Made by a program: the position numbers and the translations under genes. Positions 22,142 through 31,886 of a stretch of 64,000 nt of DNA are shown here, one piece after another. Numbering within the stretch: position 1 is the first letter of the stretch; each line of letters starts with the position of its first letter. Below the pieces are notes generated by a model. The model did no database searches, had not been told where the DNA came from, and saw nothing but the letters and a program-made list of their open reading frames with translations. The stretch comes from Dehalococcoidia bacterium (GTDB taxonomy: Bacteria > Chloroflexota > Dehalococcoidia > Plut-88900): the NCBI GenBank assembly GCA_965249275.1, contig CBDFLQ010000005.1, positions 160,001 through 224,000 of the forward strand, in the 5' to 3' direction.

Positions 22142-23025
22142 TGCAGCGGACAACCGGCGGCTCCTTTGATCCACGCCTGGCCTTCCGCAAGGCCGTAGGG
22201 ACCGGATTCCTTGGCCTCTTCATCCTGGCCCTGCTTGTCGGCCTGTCCGGCCTTGCTATCTTAATTATCCAGGTGCTCATCGAAGGCGTCCCCTGGCTCA
22301 GTTGGACTCTCGTGTCCAGCTACCAGTCCCGCTTCCCCGAACAAGCGGGTGTCCTGGCTCCCCTTATCGGCAGCCTATGGCTCATGGCGCTCACGGCGGC
22401 TTTCACCGTTCCCGTGGGTGTCGGGGCAGCGGTCTACCTGGAGGAATACGCCCCCAAGAACCGTTTGACCCAGCTAATAGAGATCAACATCTCCAACCTC
22501 GCCGGGGTCCCGTCTATCGTGTACGGACTTCTGGGCCTGGCCGTCTTCGTACAGTGGATGGCCATGGGCCGCTCTCTTCTGGCCGGGGGGCTCACCCTCT
22601 CGCTTCTAGTGCTGCCCATCGTGATTCTCACGTCCAGGGAGGCCATAAGGTCCGTGCCCCAGAGCTACCGGCAGGGGGCCTACGCCCTGGGCTCGACCCA
22701 GTGGGAAGTCACCAAGAAGATCGTGCTGCCTTCCGCCTTCCCTGGAATACTCACCGGTGTCATACTGGCAATGTCACGGGCCATTGGGGAGGCTGCGCCG
22801 ATACTGGCGATAACCGCCCTGGTCTACGTGACCTTCGTACCGACAAATCCCCTGGACAGGTTCACCATCCTGCCCCTCCAGATCTTCGACTGGGTGGGCA
22901 GACCCCAGGAAGACTTCCAGTCCCTGGCCGCCGCAGGCATCATCATCCTGCTGGCCATGCTCCTGTCCATGAATGCATTGGCTATCTTTCTTCGCAACAA
23001 GTATCAAAAGAGGTCGGAGGAATAG
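22141..23025 (+). CDS. pstA: Phosphate ABC transporter permease PstA
   Basis: [20 protein letters not shown] and SRAIGEAAP motifs. TGATG coupling with pstC. Confidence 0.96.
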   Translation: MQRTTGGSFDPRLAFRKAVGTGFLGLFILALLVGLSGLAILIIQVLIEGVPWLSWTLVSSYQSRFPEQAGVLAPLIGSLWLMALTAAFTVPVGVGAAVYLEEYAPKNRLTQLIEINISNLAGVPSIVYGLLGLAVFVQWMAMGRSLLAGGLTLSLLVLPIVILTSREAIRSVPQSYRQGAYALGSTQWEVTKKIVLPSAFPGILTGVILAMSRAIGEAAPILAITALVYVTFVPTNPLDRFTILPLQIFDWVGRPQEDFQSLAAAGIIILLAMLLSMNALAIFLRNKYQKRSEE

Positions 23026-23026
23026 A

Positions 23027-23800
23027 ATGGCGGAGTCGGATGTCATCCTCGAAGCCCGGGACCTGCATATTTGGTACGGGTCATTTCGGGCGGTCAAGGA
23101 CGTGACTATGGGCATCGAACAGAACAAGGTCACCGCGCTCATCGGTCCCTCCGGTTGTGGTAAGAGCACCCTGCTCCGGTGCTTCAACCGGATGAACGAG
23201 CTGGTCCCCGGCGCCCATATCGACGGCGAGGTCCTCTATCACGATGAGGACATCTACGCCGACTACATGGACGCCACCGAGATCCGGTCCAAGATCGGCA
23301 TGGTTTTCCAGAAGCCCAACCCCTTCCCCAAGTCCATCTACCAGAACGTCTCCTTCGGCCTGCAGATCAATGGGTACAAGGGAGACGAGTACGCCGCCGT
23401 CGAGCAGGCCCTTCGCAGAGCGGCCCTCTGGAACGAGGTGAAGGAGCGGCTCAATGAGGGCGCCCTAACCCTTTCCGGGGGCCAGCAGCAGCGCCTCTGC
23501 ATAGCCAGGGCCCTTGCCGTGGAGCCCGAGGTCCTGCTCATGGACGAGCCATGCTCGGCCCTCGATCCCATAGCCACCCTCGCCATCGAAGACCTTATCC
23601 GGGAACTCTCCACCGAGATCACCATTGTCATAGTCACCCACAACATGCAGCAGGCGGCCCGGGTTTCCGACCAGACCGCCTTCCTGATGATGGGCGAAGA
23701 CCGCGCCGGCTACCTTGTCGAGCGCGGGGCCACCAACGATATCTTCACCAACCCCAAAGAAGAGAGAACCGAGGCCTACATAACCGGCAGATTCAGCTAG
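23027..23800 (+). CDS. pstB: Phosphate ABC transporter ATPase PstB
   Basis: [31 protein letters not shown] and YITGRF motifs. Confidence 0.98.
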   Translation: MAESDVILEARDLHIWYGSFRAVKDVTMGIEQNKVTALIGPSGCGKSTLLRCFNRMNELVPGAHIDGEVLYHDEDIYADYMDATEIRSKIGMVFQKPNPFPKSIYQNVSFGLQINGYKGDEYAAVEQALRRAALWNEVKERLNEGALTLSGGQQQRLCIARALAVEPEVLLMDEPCSALDPIATLAIEDLIRELSTEITIVIVTHNMQQAARVSDQTAFLMMGEDRAGYLVERGATNDIFTNPKEERTEAYITGRFS

Positions 23801-23818
23801 AGTTACAGGCGGTACCCC

Positions 23819-25162
23819 ATGCCTAGAGTCGATTTCAGAAACGACCTTAAGCTCCTGGAGGAGGGCCTCCTTGATATGGGCAATATGGTCGAGGAGGCCG
23901 TAGATCGGGCCCTGGAGGCTCTCGCCAAGCGCGATCTCGAGGCTTCGGCCCAGGTGATTCGGGACGACGACCAGCTCGACCAGATGCAAATGGACATCGA
24001 GGAGAAGTGCATCGAGCTCATTGCCACCCAGCAGCCAATGGCAGGCGACCTCAGGGCCCTGGTAACGGTTTTAAGCGTCGTCAGCGACCTCGAACGGATG
24101 GGGGACTACGCCGAGGGCATCGGCAAGATCAGCCTCCTCATGGGCGACGAGCCGCCCATCAAACCCCTTATTGATATCCCCCTGATGGCCGAGAAGGCGA
24201 AGAAGATGCTCGAGGGCAGCCTCGAGGCCCTGGTGAACCGGGACGTGGAGCTCGCGGCTCAGGTCAGCGTTGATGATGATGAGGTCGACTCCCTCTACGA
24301 CCAAGTGTACCGCGAGCTTCTCACCTACATGATCCAGGACCCCAAGAACGTACAGCGGGCCACCTACCTCCTGTGGGTCGCCCACGATCTGGAAAGACTC
24401 GCCGACCGTGCAACCAACATCGCCGAGCGGGTCATCTACCTGGTAACCGGCAAGCAGGTTACCGTAGAAGTCTCGCCTTCGACGGTCAGGGTCAGGGAGC
24501 AGCAAGGAAAAATCAGGAGGCAGACAATGGCCAGATCGCCGTCCGTCCCCGGCGCCTACGAAAAGTTCTACGAGCTGCTCCAGAGCGAGGCAGCCAACCT
24601 CAATACCACGGCCCACGCCCTCGCCGAGATGATGGACGACTTTACATCGGTTGAAGAGAAGGCTCTGAAGATCCGTGACCTGGAGCACACCGGGGACGAA
24701 ATCATCCACAGCATCATGCGCCTTCTGCACGGCACCTTCGTTACGCCCCTCGACAGGCAGGACATCCAGAACCTGGCCGAGCGGCTGGACGACGTGGTCG
24801 ACCACATAGAAGAAGCCGCTCGGGACATCCAGGAGTTCAAGATCGACGCCCCCACCCCCCAGGCCGCCGAAGTCGCCCACGTGCTTCAGCAGGCAGGGGT
24901 CGAGTTGGAGAAAGCAATAGGCTGGTTGCCTTCCATGAGAAGCCGTAAGGATGACATCCTGGAGTTGTGCCGCAGCATCAGCACCCTGGAGGAGGAGGCC
25001 GACCGGGTTGGTCGGGAGGCCCTCATAGAGCTGTTCAACGATGGCCGCTCCTTTAACGACGTGATGAAGTGGCGGGAGGTCTATCAACACCTTGAAGATG
25101 CGGCCGACAGCTGCCAAGGCGCGGCAATCGTCCTCGAAGGCATCGTCCTGGAGTACGCCTAG
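23819..25162 (+). CDS. phoU: PhoU in frame with a DUF47 (Pit accessory) domain
   Basis: QQPMAGDLR, DLERMGD and LERLADRATNIAE (PhoU), then LEHTGD, TFVTPLDRQDI, LDDVVD and LEDAAD (DUF47). Internal AGGAGG and ATG at 24527. Confidence 0.9.
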   Translation: MPRVDFRNDLKLLEEGLLDMGNMVEEAVDRALEALAKRDLEASAQVIRDDDQLDQMQMDIEEKCIELIATQQPMAGDLRALVTVLSVVSDLERMGDYAEGIGKISLLMGDEPPIKPLIDIPLMAEKAKKMLEGSLEALVNRDVELAAQVSVDDDEVDSLYDQVYRELLTYMIQDPKNVQRATYLLWVAHDLERLADRATNIAERVIYLVTGKQVTVEVSPSTVRVREQQGKIRRQTMARSPSVPGAYEKFYELLQSEAANLNTTAHALAEMMDDFTSVEEKALKIRDLEHTGDEIIHSIMRLLHGTFVTPLDRQDIQNLAERLDDVVDHIEEAARDIQEFKIDAPTPQAAEVAHVLQQAGVELEKAIGWLPSMRSRKDDILELCRSISTLEEEADRVGREALIELFNDGRSFNDVMKWREVYQHLEDAADSCQGAAIVLEGIVLEYA

Positions 25163-25189
25163 CTGCCTCCGACTCCCCAGGTTGTCTCC

Positions 25190-25867
25190 TTGCAAAGCTC
25201 TCTGTCCAAGCGCTGTCTCGCCGAGATCATCGGCACGTTCGGCCTGGTGTTCGCCACGGCCGGTGCAAATGTAGTCGATGAGCTATCCGACGGTCGGATC
25301 ACCCACCTGGGAGTGGGCATTGTCTCGGGCTTGATCATCACCGTGATGATCTATGCCGTGGGGCATATTTCGGGAGCACATCTCAACCCCGCCGTGACCC
25401 TGGGCTTTGCCGTAGGCCGGCACTTCCCCCTGAAAGAAGTCCCCATCTACTGGGCCTCACAGCTGCTGGGGGCCGGCGGCGGCGCTTTCAGCCTCCGAGC
25501 CCTCTTCGGCGAAGTTGGGATCATGGGCGGCACCGTGCCCCGGGGTTCGACCCTTGAGTCCTTCGGCTTCGAGATTCCCCTGACCTTCATCCTGATGTTC
25601 GTCATCATAGCCGTCGCAACCGACTCTCGGGCCAAGGGGCCGCACGCTGCCCTCGCCATCGGCGCGACGGTGGCCCTCAACTCGATATTCGGAGGCCCGA
25701 TATCGGGCGGGTCTATGAACCCGGCCCGGTCCTTCGGGCCTGCTTTGGCGGCGTGGAACTGGGGAGACCACTGGATCTATTGGGTCGCGCCGCCCATCGG
25801 GGCTGCTATAGCGGCGTTGGCGTATAATCTCCTACACTCTACTAGGGAAGACACGCCCAACTCGTAG
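25190..25867 (+). CDS. MIP family channel (aquaporin, NIP-like)
   Basis: ISGAHLNPAVT and GGSMNPARSFGP motifs with hydrophobic helices. Start uncertain. Confidence 0.93.
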   Translation: MQSSLSKRCLAEIIGTFGLVFATAGANVVDELSDGRITHLGVGIVSGLIITVMIYAVGHISGAHLNPAVTLGFAVGRHFPLKEVPIYWASQLLGAGGGAFSLRALFGEVGIMGGTVPRGSTLESFGFEIPLTFILMFVIIAVATDSRAKGPHAALAIGATVALNSIFGGPISGGSMNPARSFGPALAAWNWGDHWIYWVAPPIGAAIAALAYNLLHSTREDTPNS

Positions 25868-25898
25868 CTGCTCAGTCGGCTATAACAAGGAGACCGCC

Positions 25899-26342
25899 AT
25901 GCTCGACGTCAAGCCCATTCCCGACGGCTATTCAGTTATCACGCTGTATCTCATAGTAGATGACGCTGCTGGATTTATAGATTTTCTGTCCAAGGCCTTC
26001 GGCGCCGTGGAGAGGCTGCGGATCCCGATGCCCGGAGGCACCATCGGGCACGCGGAGGTGGAGATAAACGGGGCGGTGCTGATGGTGAGCGATGTAGCAG
26101 GCACTGACTTCCAGACTACCAGGTCCCTGATACACCACTTTGTCGAAGACGTTGACTCCGCCTACAAACGGGCCATAGACGCGGGAGCCACACTCATCGC
26201 CGAGCCGGAGACCCAGTTCTATGGAGACCGCATGGGCCACGTCCTCGATCCTTCCGGCAACCGGTGGGTGCTGTCCACGCATGTACAGGACGTGGACATG
26301 GACGAGGTTATGAAGGCTATTGAGGGGATGGGGGAGGGGTAG
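25899..26342 (+). CDS. VOC/glyoxalase family protein
   Basis: KPIPDGY, HAEV.I.G..LM and QFYGDR.G.V.DP.GN.W motifs. Confidence 0.9.
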   Translation: MLDVKPIPDGYSVITLYLIVDDAAGFIDFLSKAFGAVERLRIPMPGGTIGHAEVEINGAVLMVSDVAGTDFQTTRSLIHHFVEDVDSAYKRAIDAGATLIAEPETQFYGDRMGHVLDPSGNRWVLSTHVQDVDMDEVMKAIEGMGEG

Positions 26343-26447
26343 GGGTGTACGTTTCCTTTGCGTTGCACATGAGCCCGCATGCAACCTACAATGAGGACAT
26401 ATTCAGCATAGCCGCTTGCGGCACAACCGGGCAGGGAGGGCGAAAAC

Positions 26448-26891
26448 ATGGCTAACGAACCTCAAGTCCACGCTATCAACATTTCTAAGAGCCACTTTGG
26501 GGACATGGAATCCCAGGCCAATGCCAAGGTCATCGAGGACCTGGGTATCGAGGGAGACCGCTACGCTATCAAGCGGGGCATGAACCGTGCCAAGCGCCAG
26601 GTCCTCCTGATGGACAAGGAGACCCTCGAGATCCTTGGCCTGACCCCCGGCACAGTACGGGAGAATATCACCACCCGGGACATGGACCTCTACTCGCTGA
26701 CTCCGGGGCAGAAGGTGCGCATCGGGGCCGAGGTGGAGCTTGAGATCACCGAGCTCTGCAACCCCTGCGAGCGTATGGACGAGATCCGGCAGGGTCTCAG
26801 GGAAGAGCTGGAAGGGCGTCGGGGAATGCTAACGCGCGTTGCCAAAGGTGGGGATATCGCTGTCGGGGATACGATTTCCGTCGTTAGCTAG
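26448..26891 (+). CDS. MOSC domain protein
   Basis: GIEGDR, RQV.L, RENITT, CNPC and G.I.VGD motifs. Confidence 0.9.
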   Translation: MANEPQVHAINISKSHFGDMESQANAKVIEDLGIEGDRYAIKRGMNRAKRQVLLMDKETLEILGLTPGTVRENITTRDMDLYSLTPGQKVRIGAEVELEITELCNPCERMDEIRQGLREELEGRRGMLTRVAKGGDIAVGDTISVVS

Positions 26892-26916
26892 CGGCTGTCC
26901 GGAAGCTGGGATTCTG

Positions 26917-26950
26917 GGATCACCCTCACTCTCCACAGCGAGCCTACGGC
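26917..26950 (+). repeat. 34-bp repeat with an inverted partner at 29875-29908
   Basis: 31 of 34 positions identical to the reverse complement of 29875-29908. Confidence 0.85.
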
Positions 26951-26981
26951 TGTACGACCGAGGACATGGGTGACAGTTAGA

Positions 26982-27003
26982 CCGAGGCTCCGCGAGGGAT
27001 CTA
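26982..27003 (+). repeat. REP-like repeat family A, 5'-truncated forward copy
   Basis: CCGAGGCTCCGCGAGGGATCTA. Confidence 0.8.
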
Positions 27004-27154
27004 AAGCGTCGGCCCACCACCCACCTACCTCACCCCCATTCGACCTTCCCCGTCATTCGGCCCCCAAGCCGGCCGCAGATGCTGCAAGTGTGCCTTTGGC
27101 GTGCGCCGAGCCGGAATCCATCCCCCTTCATACCATCTCAGTTCGTAACAGCCC

Positions 27155-28396
27155 CTAACCCACCACCCCCCGCCCCACCAGCCCCTCTACCTCCTCCCGC
27201 GAAAGCCCCATCAACTCCTCCAGCACATAGCCGTTGTGCTCCCCCATCTTCGGTCCCGGCCGAGTCATCGCCAACGGCGTCCCCGACATCTTCCAAGGCT
27301 GCGCCGGCATCTTCGCCTGACCCTGCACCGGGTGCTCGTCCCACGTGAAGAACCCCCGAGCCGCCAGATGTTTGTCGTGATATAGGTCCGCGTTCGTAAA
27401 TGTCGCCACAGCCCCTAACCCTACCCCCTGTAGAGCATTCATTGCCTCTAACTTGGAACGCTGTCCCGTCCACCCTTCGACTATCTCGTCCAGAGCGTCT
27501 TCATGCCCCTTGCGGGCCGACGCCGTGGCGAACCTCTCGTCCCGTGCCAGGTCATCCCTCCCGATTGCCGAGCATAGCCTCACCCATTCTTCGTCGCTCG
27601 TTATGACAATACTGATCCACGAGTCTTCCCTGGCGCAGCGATATATCCCGTGGGGCGCCATGCCGGGGGCCCGATTGCCCATCCGCTCCGCCTCTGCCCC
27701 ATTCATCTCGTAGTCCATCAGCTTCTCAGGCTGGAACCCGATAACCGTCTCTTCCTCCGAAAGGTCGATGTACTGGCCCCTGCCTGTCCTCGACTGGTAA
27801 TGCAAAGCAGCCAGTATCGCCGAGGCCCCCGCCACTCCCCCCGACGGATCGGGCATCTCGACCCAGTCGGACACGGCTTCCGCACCCGGATATCCCACTG
27901 AGGTCATAAGCCCCGAGATGTTGGACACGTGCATCCCGTAAGTCACCCATCGGGACCTAGCCCCATATGCCCCAAACCCCGAGAGCGCCGCCATGATCAC
28001 TTGCGGATTTACTTTGATCAGATCCTTGTATCCCAACCCCAGCCTGTCCGCCACTCCGGCCCGGAAGTTCTCCGCCATTACGTCGCTGATGGCGACCAGC
28101 CTCTTGGCCAATTCCACGCCCTCGGGCTCGCGCAGGTTCAGGGTCACACTCAGGCTGTTCCGGTGCATCTGTGCGAACCACATCGCCGTGTCCGGGCCGG
28201 GGATGTTGTCCTTGAAGGGAGGGTAGTACCGCGCCAGATCCAGCTTGGCGCTGCTCTCTATTTTGATGACCTCTGCCCCCATGAACGCCAGCAGCGACAC
28301 ACAATGAGGCCCGGCCCACGACGCAGTAAAGTCAGCTACCCGAATTCCGTCCAGCACCCCCTTGAGCCCCACAGGCCCTCTGCCTGTCGACGCCAA
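27155..28396 (-). CDS. Family III CoA-transferase (CaiB/BaiF)
   Basis: LDGIRVADFT..WAGP, MGAEVIKIES, ENFRAGV..RLGL and GRGQYIDLS motifs. Confidence 0.93.
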   Translation of the reverse strand: MASTGRGPVGLKGVLDGIRVADFTASWAGPHCVSLLAFMGAEVIKIESSAKLDLARYYPPFKDNIPGPDTAMWFAQMHRNSLSVTLNLREPEGVELAKRLVAISDVMAENFRAGVADRLGLGYKDLIKVNPQVIMAALSGFGAYGARSRWVTYGMHVSNISGLMTSVGYPGAEAVSDWVEMPDPSGGVAGASAILAALHYQSRTGRGQYIDLSEEETVIGFQPEKLMDYEMNGAEAERMGNRAPGMAPHGIYRCAREDSWISIVITSDEEWVRLCSAIGRDDLARDERFATASARKGHEDALDEIVEGWTGQRSKLEAMNALQGVGLGAVATFTNADLYHDKHLAARGFFTWDEHPVQGQAKMPAQPWKMSGTPLAMTRPGPKMGEHNGYVLEELMGLSREEVEGLVGRGVVG

Positions 28397-28399
28397 ACC

Positions 28400-29617
28400 T
28401 TAGATAGTCCCTTCCCGCCTGAGCCGCGCCAACTCCTCCCCCGAGCACCCAAGCCTCTCACCATAAACCTCATCATTGTGCTGCCCGAGCAGAGGCGCTG
28501 ACACCCGTGTCGAGCTATCCGTCTCCGAAAACCTGAACGGCACTGAAGGATATCGCAGCTTGCCCGCCTCCTGGTGGTCCATCTCGACGAAAAAACCGCG
28601 CTCCTTCAGGTGTTCATCCCGGGCCAGCCGTTCCGCGGTCACGCCCACGGGGCTCGCCGGGACCCGGTTCTCGATGGCGCGCTCCACCACCCAATCCTTA
28701 TTCTTGTCCTCCAGCCATTCCATGATGAAGGCATTTATGATGTCGTAGTTCAGCCGACGCCCCTCGGCGCTCTGCGTCCACTCCTCCCGGCTCCACTCCG
28801 GCTCTCCCAGCATTTTGACTAGCCCCACCCACTGGTGAGGCTCGATGGCGCTCAGGAGCACGTAGCCGTCCCGGCACGGAAGAATCCCAGAGGGAACCGA
28901 CGCGGGAATCGCAACTTCCTTGCCCTGTATCCGGTTCTCGCCGTTGTAGATGGGAAAGCCGGCAGCCAGTATGAAGGCCATCGCCTCCTGCTCCGACACG
29001 TCGATGTGCTGCCCCTCCCCACCCCGGTCTCTGAAATAAAGCGCCCCCAGCGCAGCCGTCAGCGCGCTATATGCAGCCTGGAACGCAGGAAGAAATCCCG
29101 GCGCACGCACCGGATGCCCCGGAATACCGTAGGCATCCCGCTCCCTCCAGAGATATCCCCAACCCCCCGCATGCCACCGGTTCAGGTCGTGTGCCACGTA
29201 GTCCTTGTATGGCCCCTCCTGCCCGAAAGGGGTTATCGACACCATAATCAGACCCGGGTTCTCTTTCCTCAGCGACTCGTACCCCAATCCCAGCTCCGAT
29301 AGCCTACCCGGAGGCCCATTTTCTACCAGTATGTCCGACCCCGACACCAACCGCCTGAACATCCGATCACCCTCCGCCGAGGTCACGTCCAGCATGATCC
29401 CCTTCTTGTCCAGGTTCATTGCGAGGAATAGGCCGCTCTTCTCCGGGTGAGCCTCACCGCCTGGAAAGGGCCCGTGGCCCCGCGCCCCGTCCCCCTCCGG
29501 TGGCTCCACCTTGATCACTTCCGCTCCGAGAGAGGCCATCAGCCGAGCACAATACGGCGCCGACACCATCTCCCCCAACTCAACCACCCGGATGCCATCA
29601 AGCGTTCTTTCTTCCAT
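28400..29617 (-). CDS. Family III CoA-transferase (CaiB/BaiF)
   Basis: LDGIRVVE, LGAEVIKVEPP.GD, SITPFGQ.GP and APLLGQHN motifs. Confidence 0.93.
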   Translation of the reverse strand: MEERTLDGIRVVELGEMVSAPYCARLMASLGAEVIKVEPPEGDGARGHGPFPGGEAHPEKSGLFLAMNLDKKGIMLDVTSAEGDRMFRRLVSGSDILVENGPPGRLSELGLGYESLRKENPGLIMVSITPFGQEGPYKDYVAHDLNRWHAGGWGYLWRERDAYGIPGHPVRAPGFLPAFQAAYSALTAALGALYFRDRGGEGQHIDVSEQEAMAFILAAGFPIYNGENRIQGKEVAIPASVPSGILPCRDGYVLLSAIEPHQWVGLVKMLGEPEWSREEWTQSAEGRRLNYDIINAFIMEWLEDKNKDWVVERAIENRVPASPVGVTAERLARDEHLKERGFFVEMDHQEAGKLRYPSVPFRFSETDSSTRVSAPLLGQHNDEVYGERLGCSGEELARLRREGTI

Positions 29618-29874
29618 CAGCGCGTTAAGCCCCTAATCGCTGAAATAGGTGTCCTTCGCATAACAACAGCGGATCGGTGTCCAATCCCCCCTCCCCTCGA
29701 CGAGTCGCAGATGCGCCTTTGGCGTGACCCTTGCATAACCTCTCTCGGTGGGGCCGGGGCCGCTCGTGCTGAGGCTCTCGAAGTATGAGCGGGGGGTGGA
29801 AGTCATGTGATCTGGACAGTACAGCGAAGGCAATTTGTAGTTACGCAAAGGTCTCTCGACGTGAGAGGGCTAGG

Positions 29875-29908
29875 GCCGTAGGCTCGCCTTGGAGAGTGCG
29901 GGTGATCC
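29875..29908 (-). repeat. 34-bp repeat, partner of 26917-26950
   Basis: 31 of 34 positions match in inverted orientation. Confidence 0.85.
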
Positions 29909-29972
29909 AAGGTCATCAAAGGCAGTTGCTCAAAGGTCTCTTGCCACAGCGAAGGAGCAAGGAATTATCCGG

Positions 29973-31256
29973 CTAAGGGTAGATGCCCCGCGTGTTGTGC
30001 GCCGCCACCACCCTGCTCACCCCCTGGATATACGCCCCCATCCTCATGCTAACCCCATTCTCCTTGGACGTAGCCAGCACCGACTCGAAGCTGTGCTTCA
30101 TTATCGAGTCCAGCCGCTTCTCCACTTCCTGCTCTTCCCAGAAGTAGAACTGCAAGTCCTGCACCCACTCGAAGTAGGAGACGATAACACCCCCCGCATT
30201 GGCGAGAATGTCCGGCACCACGAACACCCCCATGTCCTCCAATATCCTATCTGCCTCCGTAGACGTGGGGCCGTTCGCCCCTTCCACTATTATCTTTGCC
30301 TTCACTTTCGCTGCGTTGGCGCCGCTTATCTGCCCCTCCATCGCCGCCAGCATCAGGATATCGCAAGGCAGTTCCAGCAGCTCCGCATTGGTTATCCGGT
30401 CCCCGTGCTTTGAGTCCCGCAGATTAGGGATCTCCTCCTTTTGGGCGAGCATCTCCCGAACGTCCAATCCCGATCCGTTGTAGACCCCGCCCGAGGCGTC
30501 GCTTATCGCAATTACTTTGCATCCCTGGTCCTGCAGCATCTTCGCCGCCACCGACCCCACGTTCCCGAACCCCTGCACCGCCACCCTCGCCCCTTCCATC
30601 GGCATGGATAGATGAGCCGCCGTCTCCCGGGCCATGTTCATGCATCCCCGCCCCGTCGCATCCACCCTTCCCCGCGTCCCTCCTACGCTGAACGGCTTGC
30701 CTGTCACCACCCCCGGCACCGAATAGCCTTTGTGCATACTGTAGGTGTCCATGATCCAGGCCATGATCTGGGCGTTGGTGTTCATGTCGGGCGCCGGGAT
30801 GTCGCCTTCGGGACTTATGATTATCGATATCTCGGAGGCATACCGCCTGGTTAACGCCTCGAGCTCCCTCATCGAAAGCAGCTTGGGGTCGCAGGCCACG
30901 GCGCCCTTGGCTCCGCCGAAGGGGATGTCCACCACTGCGCACTTCCAGGTCATCCACATAGCGAGAGCACGCACTTCATCCAGGGTAACGTCCGGATGGT
31001 ACCGGATCCCGCCCTTGGCCGGACCCCGAGACATGCTGTGCTGGACTCGATACCCTGTGAATATTTGTACATGCCCATCGTCCATGCTGACGGGAAAGTG
31101 AACGATCAGCTCCCTTTTCGGGTGTCGAAGTATCTGTCGGGTGTTCTCGTCGAGACCCAGGTAGTCGGAAGCGGTCTCCAGCTGTTGTAGAGCCGTATCG
31201 AGGGCTCCGTCCCCATTCTGTTTTGCCGGCTGGTCTACCGTTACCTCACTAGTCAC
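29973..31256 (-). CDS. gdhA: Glu/Leu/Phe/Val dehydrogenase (glutamate dehydrogenase)
   Basis: GPAKGGIRY, MTWKCA, PFGGAKG, DIPAPD, QGFGNVG and ANAGGV.VSYFEW motifs. Confidence 0.95.
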   Translation of the reverse strand: MTSEVTVDQPAKQNGDGALDTALQQLETASDYLGLDENTRQILRHPKRELIVHFPVSMDDGHVQIFTGYRVQHSMSRGPAKGGIRYHPDVTLDEVRALAMWMTWKCAVVDIPFGGAKGAVACDPKLLSMRELEALTRRYASEISIIISPEGDIPAPDMNTNAQIMAWIMDTYSMHKGYSVPGVVTGKPFSVGGTRGRVDATGRGCMNMARETAAHLSMPMEGARVAVQGFGNVGSVAAKMLQDQGCKVIAISDASGGVYNGSGLDVREMLAQKEEIPNLRDSKHGDRITNAELLELPCDILMLAAMEGQISGANAAKVKAKIIVEGANGPTSTEADRILEDMGVFVVPDILANAGGVIVSYFEWVQDLQFYFWEEQEVEKRLDSIMKHSFESVLATSKENGVSMRMGAYIQGVSRVVAAHNTRGIYP

Positions 31257-31310
31257 CCCGAGCTCCTTTCAGGTGGGCTTAATCCTGTGCCAAAACCGGC
31301 GCAAGTATAC
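31221..31310. repeat. 90-bp direct repeat, copy 1 (gdh promoter, RBS and 5' codons)
   Basis: Ungapped similarity to 31851-31940 at a 630-bp offset. Confidence 0.9.
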
Positions 31311-31337
31311 AGCAAAACCCTTTGCCCCCTGATAGAA

Positions 31338-31378
31338 GAAAGGCCGATACAAGCTCATCGAGCTTGTATCGGCCTTTC
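31338..31378. terminator. 19-bp perfect stem-loop between the hicA end and the gdh promoter
   Basis: GAAAGGCCGATACAAGCTC-atc-GAGCTTGTATCGGCCTTTC. Confidence 0.85.
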
Positions 31379-31395
31379 AATTGATTCTCGAAAGA

Positions 31396-31617
31396 TTACC
31401 GGAGAAGGGCTAGGAACTCATCCCGTGTGAGTCCAGCGTCTCGGATCAGGGCCCTTAACAGGCCTCGCCCTAGTGAGCTATGCCTGGGGACTGAGAGTCT
31501 GCGGCCACCTGGGCCTGTCAGTATCATGTGACTGCCCTATGTACGGCGCCAGACAAATCCTGCCTTGGCAACCGCACGCACGAACTCGTCGCCCGACATA
31601 ACGGGCAAGCGGGGCAC
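31396..31617 (-). pseudogene. hicA: HicA toxin with an in-frame amber stop at codon 27
   Basis: Translates as MPRLPVMSGDEFVRAVAKAGFVWRRT*GSHMILTGPGGRRLSVPRHSSLGRGLLRALIRDAGLTRDEFLALLR. TAG at 31537-31539. TAGTG overlap with hicB. Confidence 0.9.
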
Positions 31618-31886
31618 TACGCTGTAACTTCTACAACCTCATATTCAGAGGAGGAGGGCAGAGGCACACCATCTTCTCGCATAGTTGCAAGGTAACCTCT
31701 GATTGCTTCCCTCACGTTTTCCAGGGCCTCACGCCTGGTTCGGCCCTGACTGAGACATCCGGGAAGAGTGGGACAGCTGGCAACTTCCCAACCATCCTCA
31801 TCCTTCTCAAATACCACCAACAACTTGAGAGCTTGGCTATCTCCCTCCCGTTTTGCCGGATTGTCTACCGTCGCCTCACTAGTCAC
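31617..31886 (-). CDS. hicB: HicB-like antitoxin with a gdh-like N-terminus
   Basis: EKDEDG...ASCPTLPGCLSQG.T..EALEN.REAI motif. GTG start after AAAGGAG. Confidence 0.9.
   Translation of the reverse strand: MTSEATVDNPAKREGDSQALKLLVVFEKDEDGWEVASCPTLPGCLSQGRTRREALENVREAIRGYLATMREDGVPLPSSSEYEVVEVTA

Noticed and set aside
31537-31539. Pyrrolysine or genetic-code reassignment at the hicA TAG
   Set aside because: TAG terminates many genes in this window and no pyl genes are seen. A nonsense mutation is the simpler explanation.
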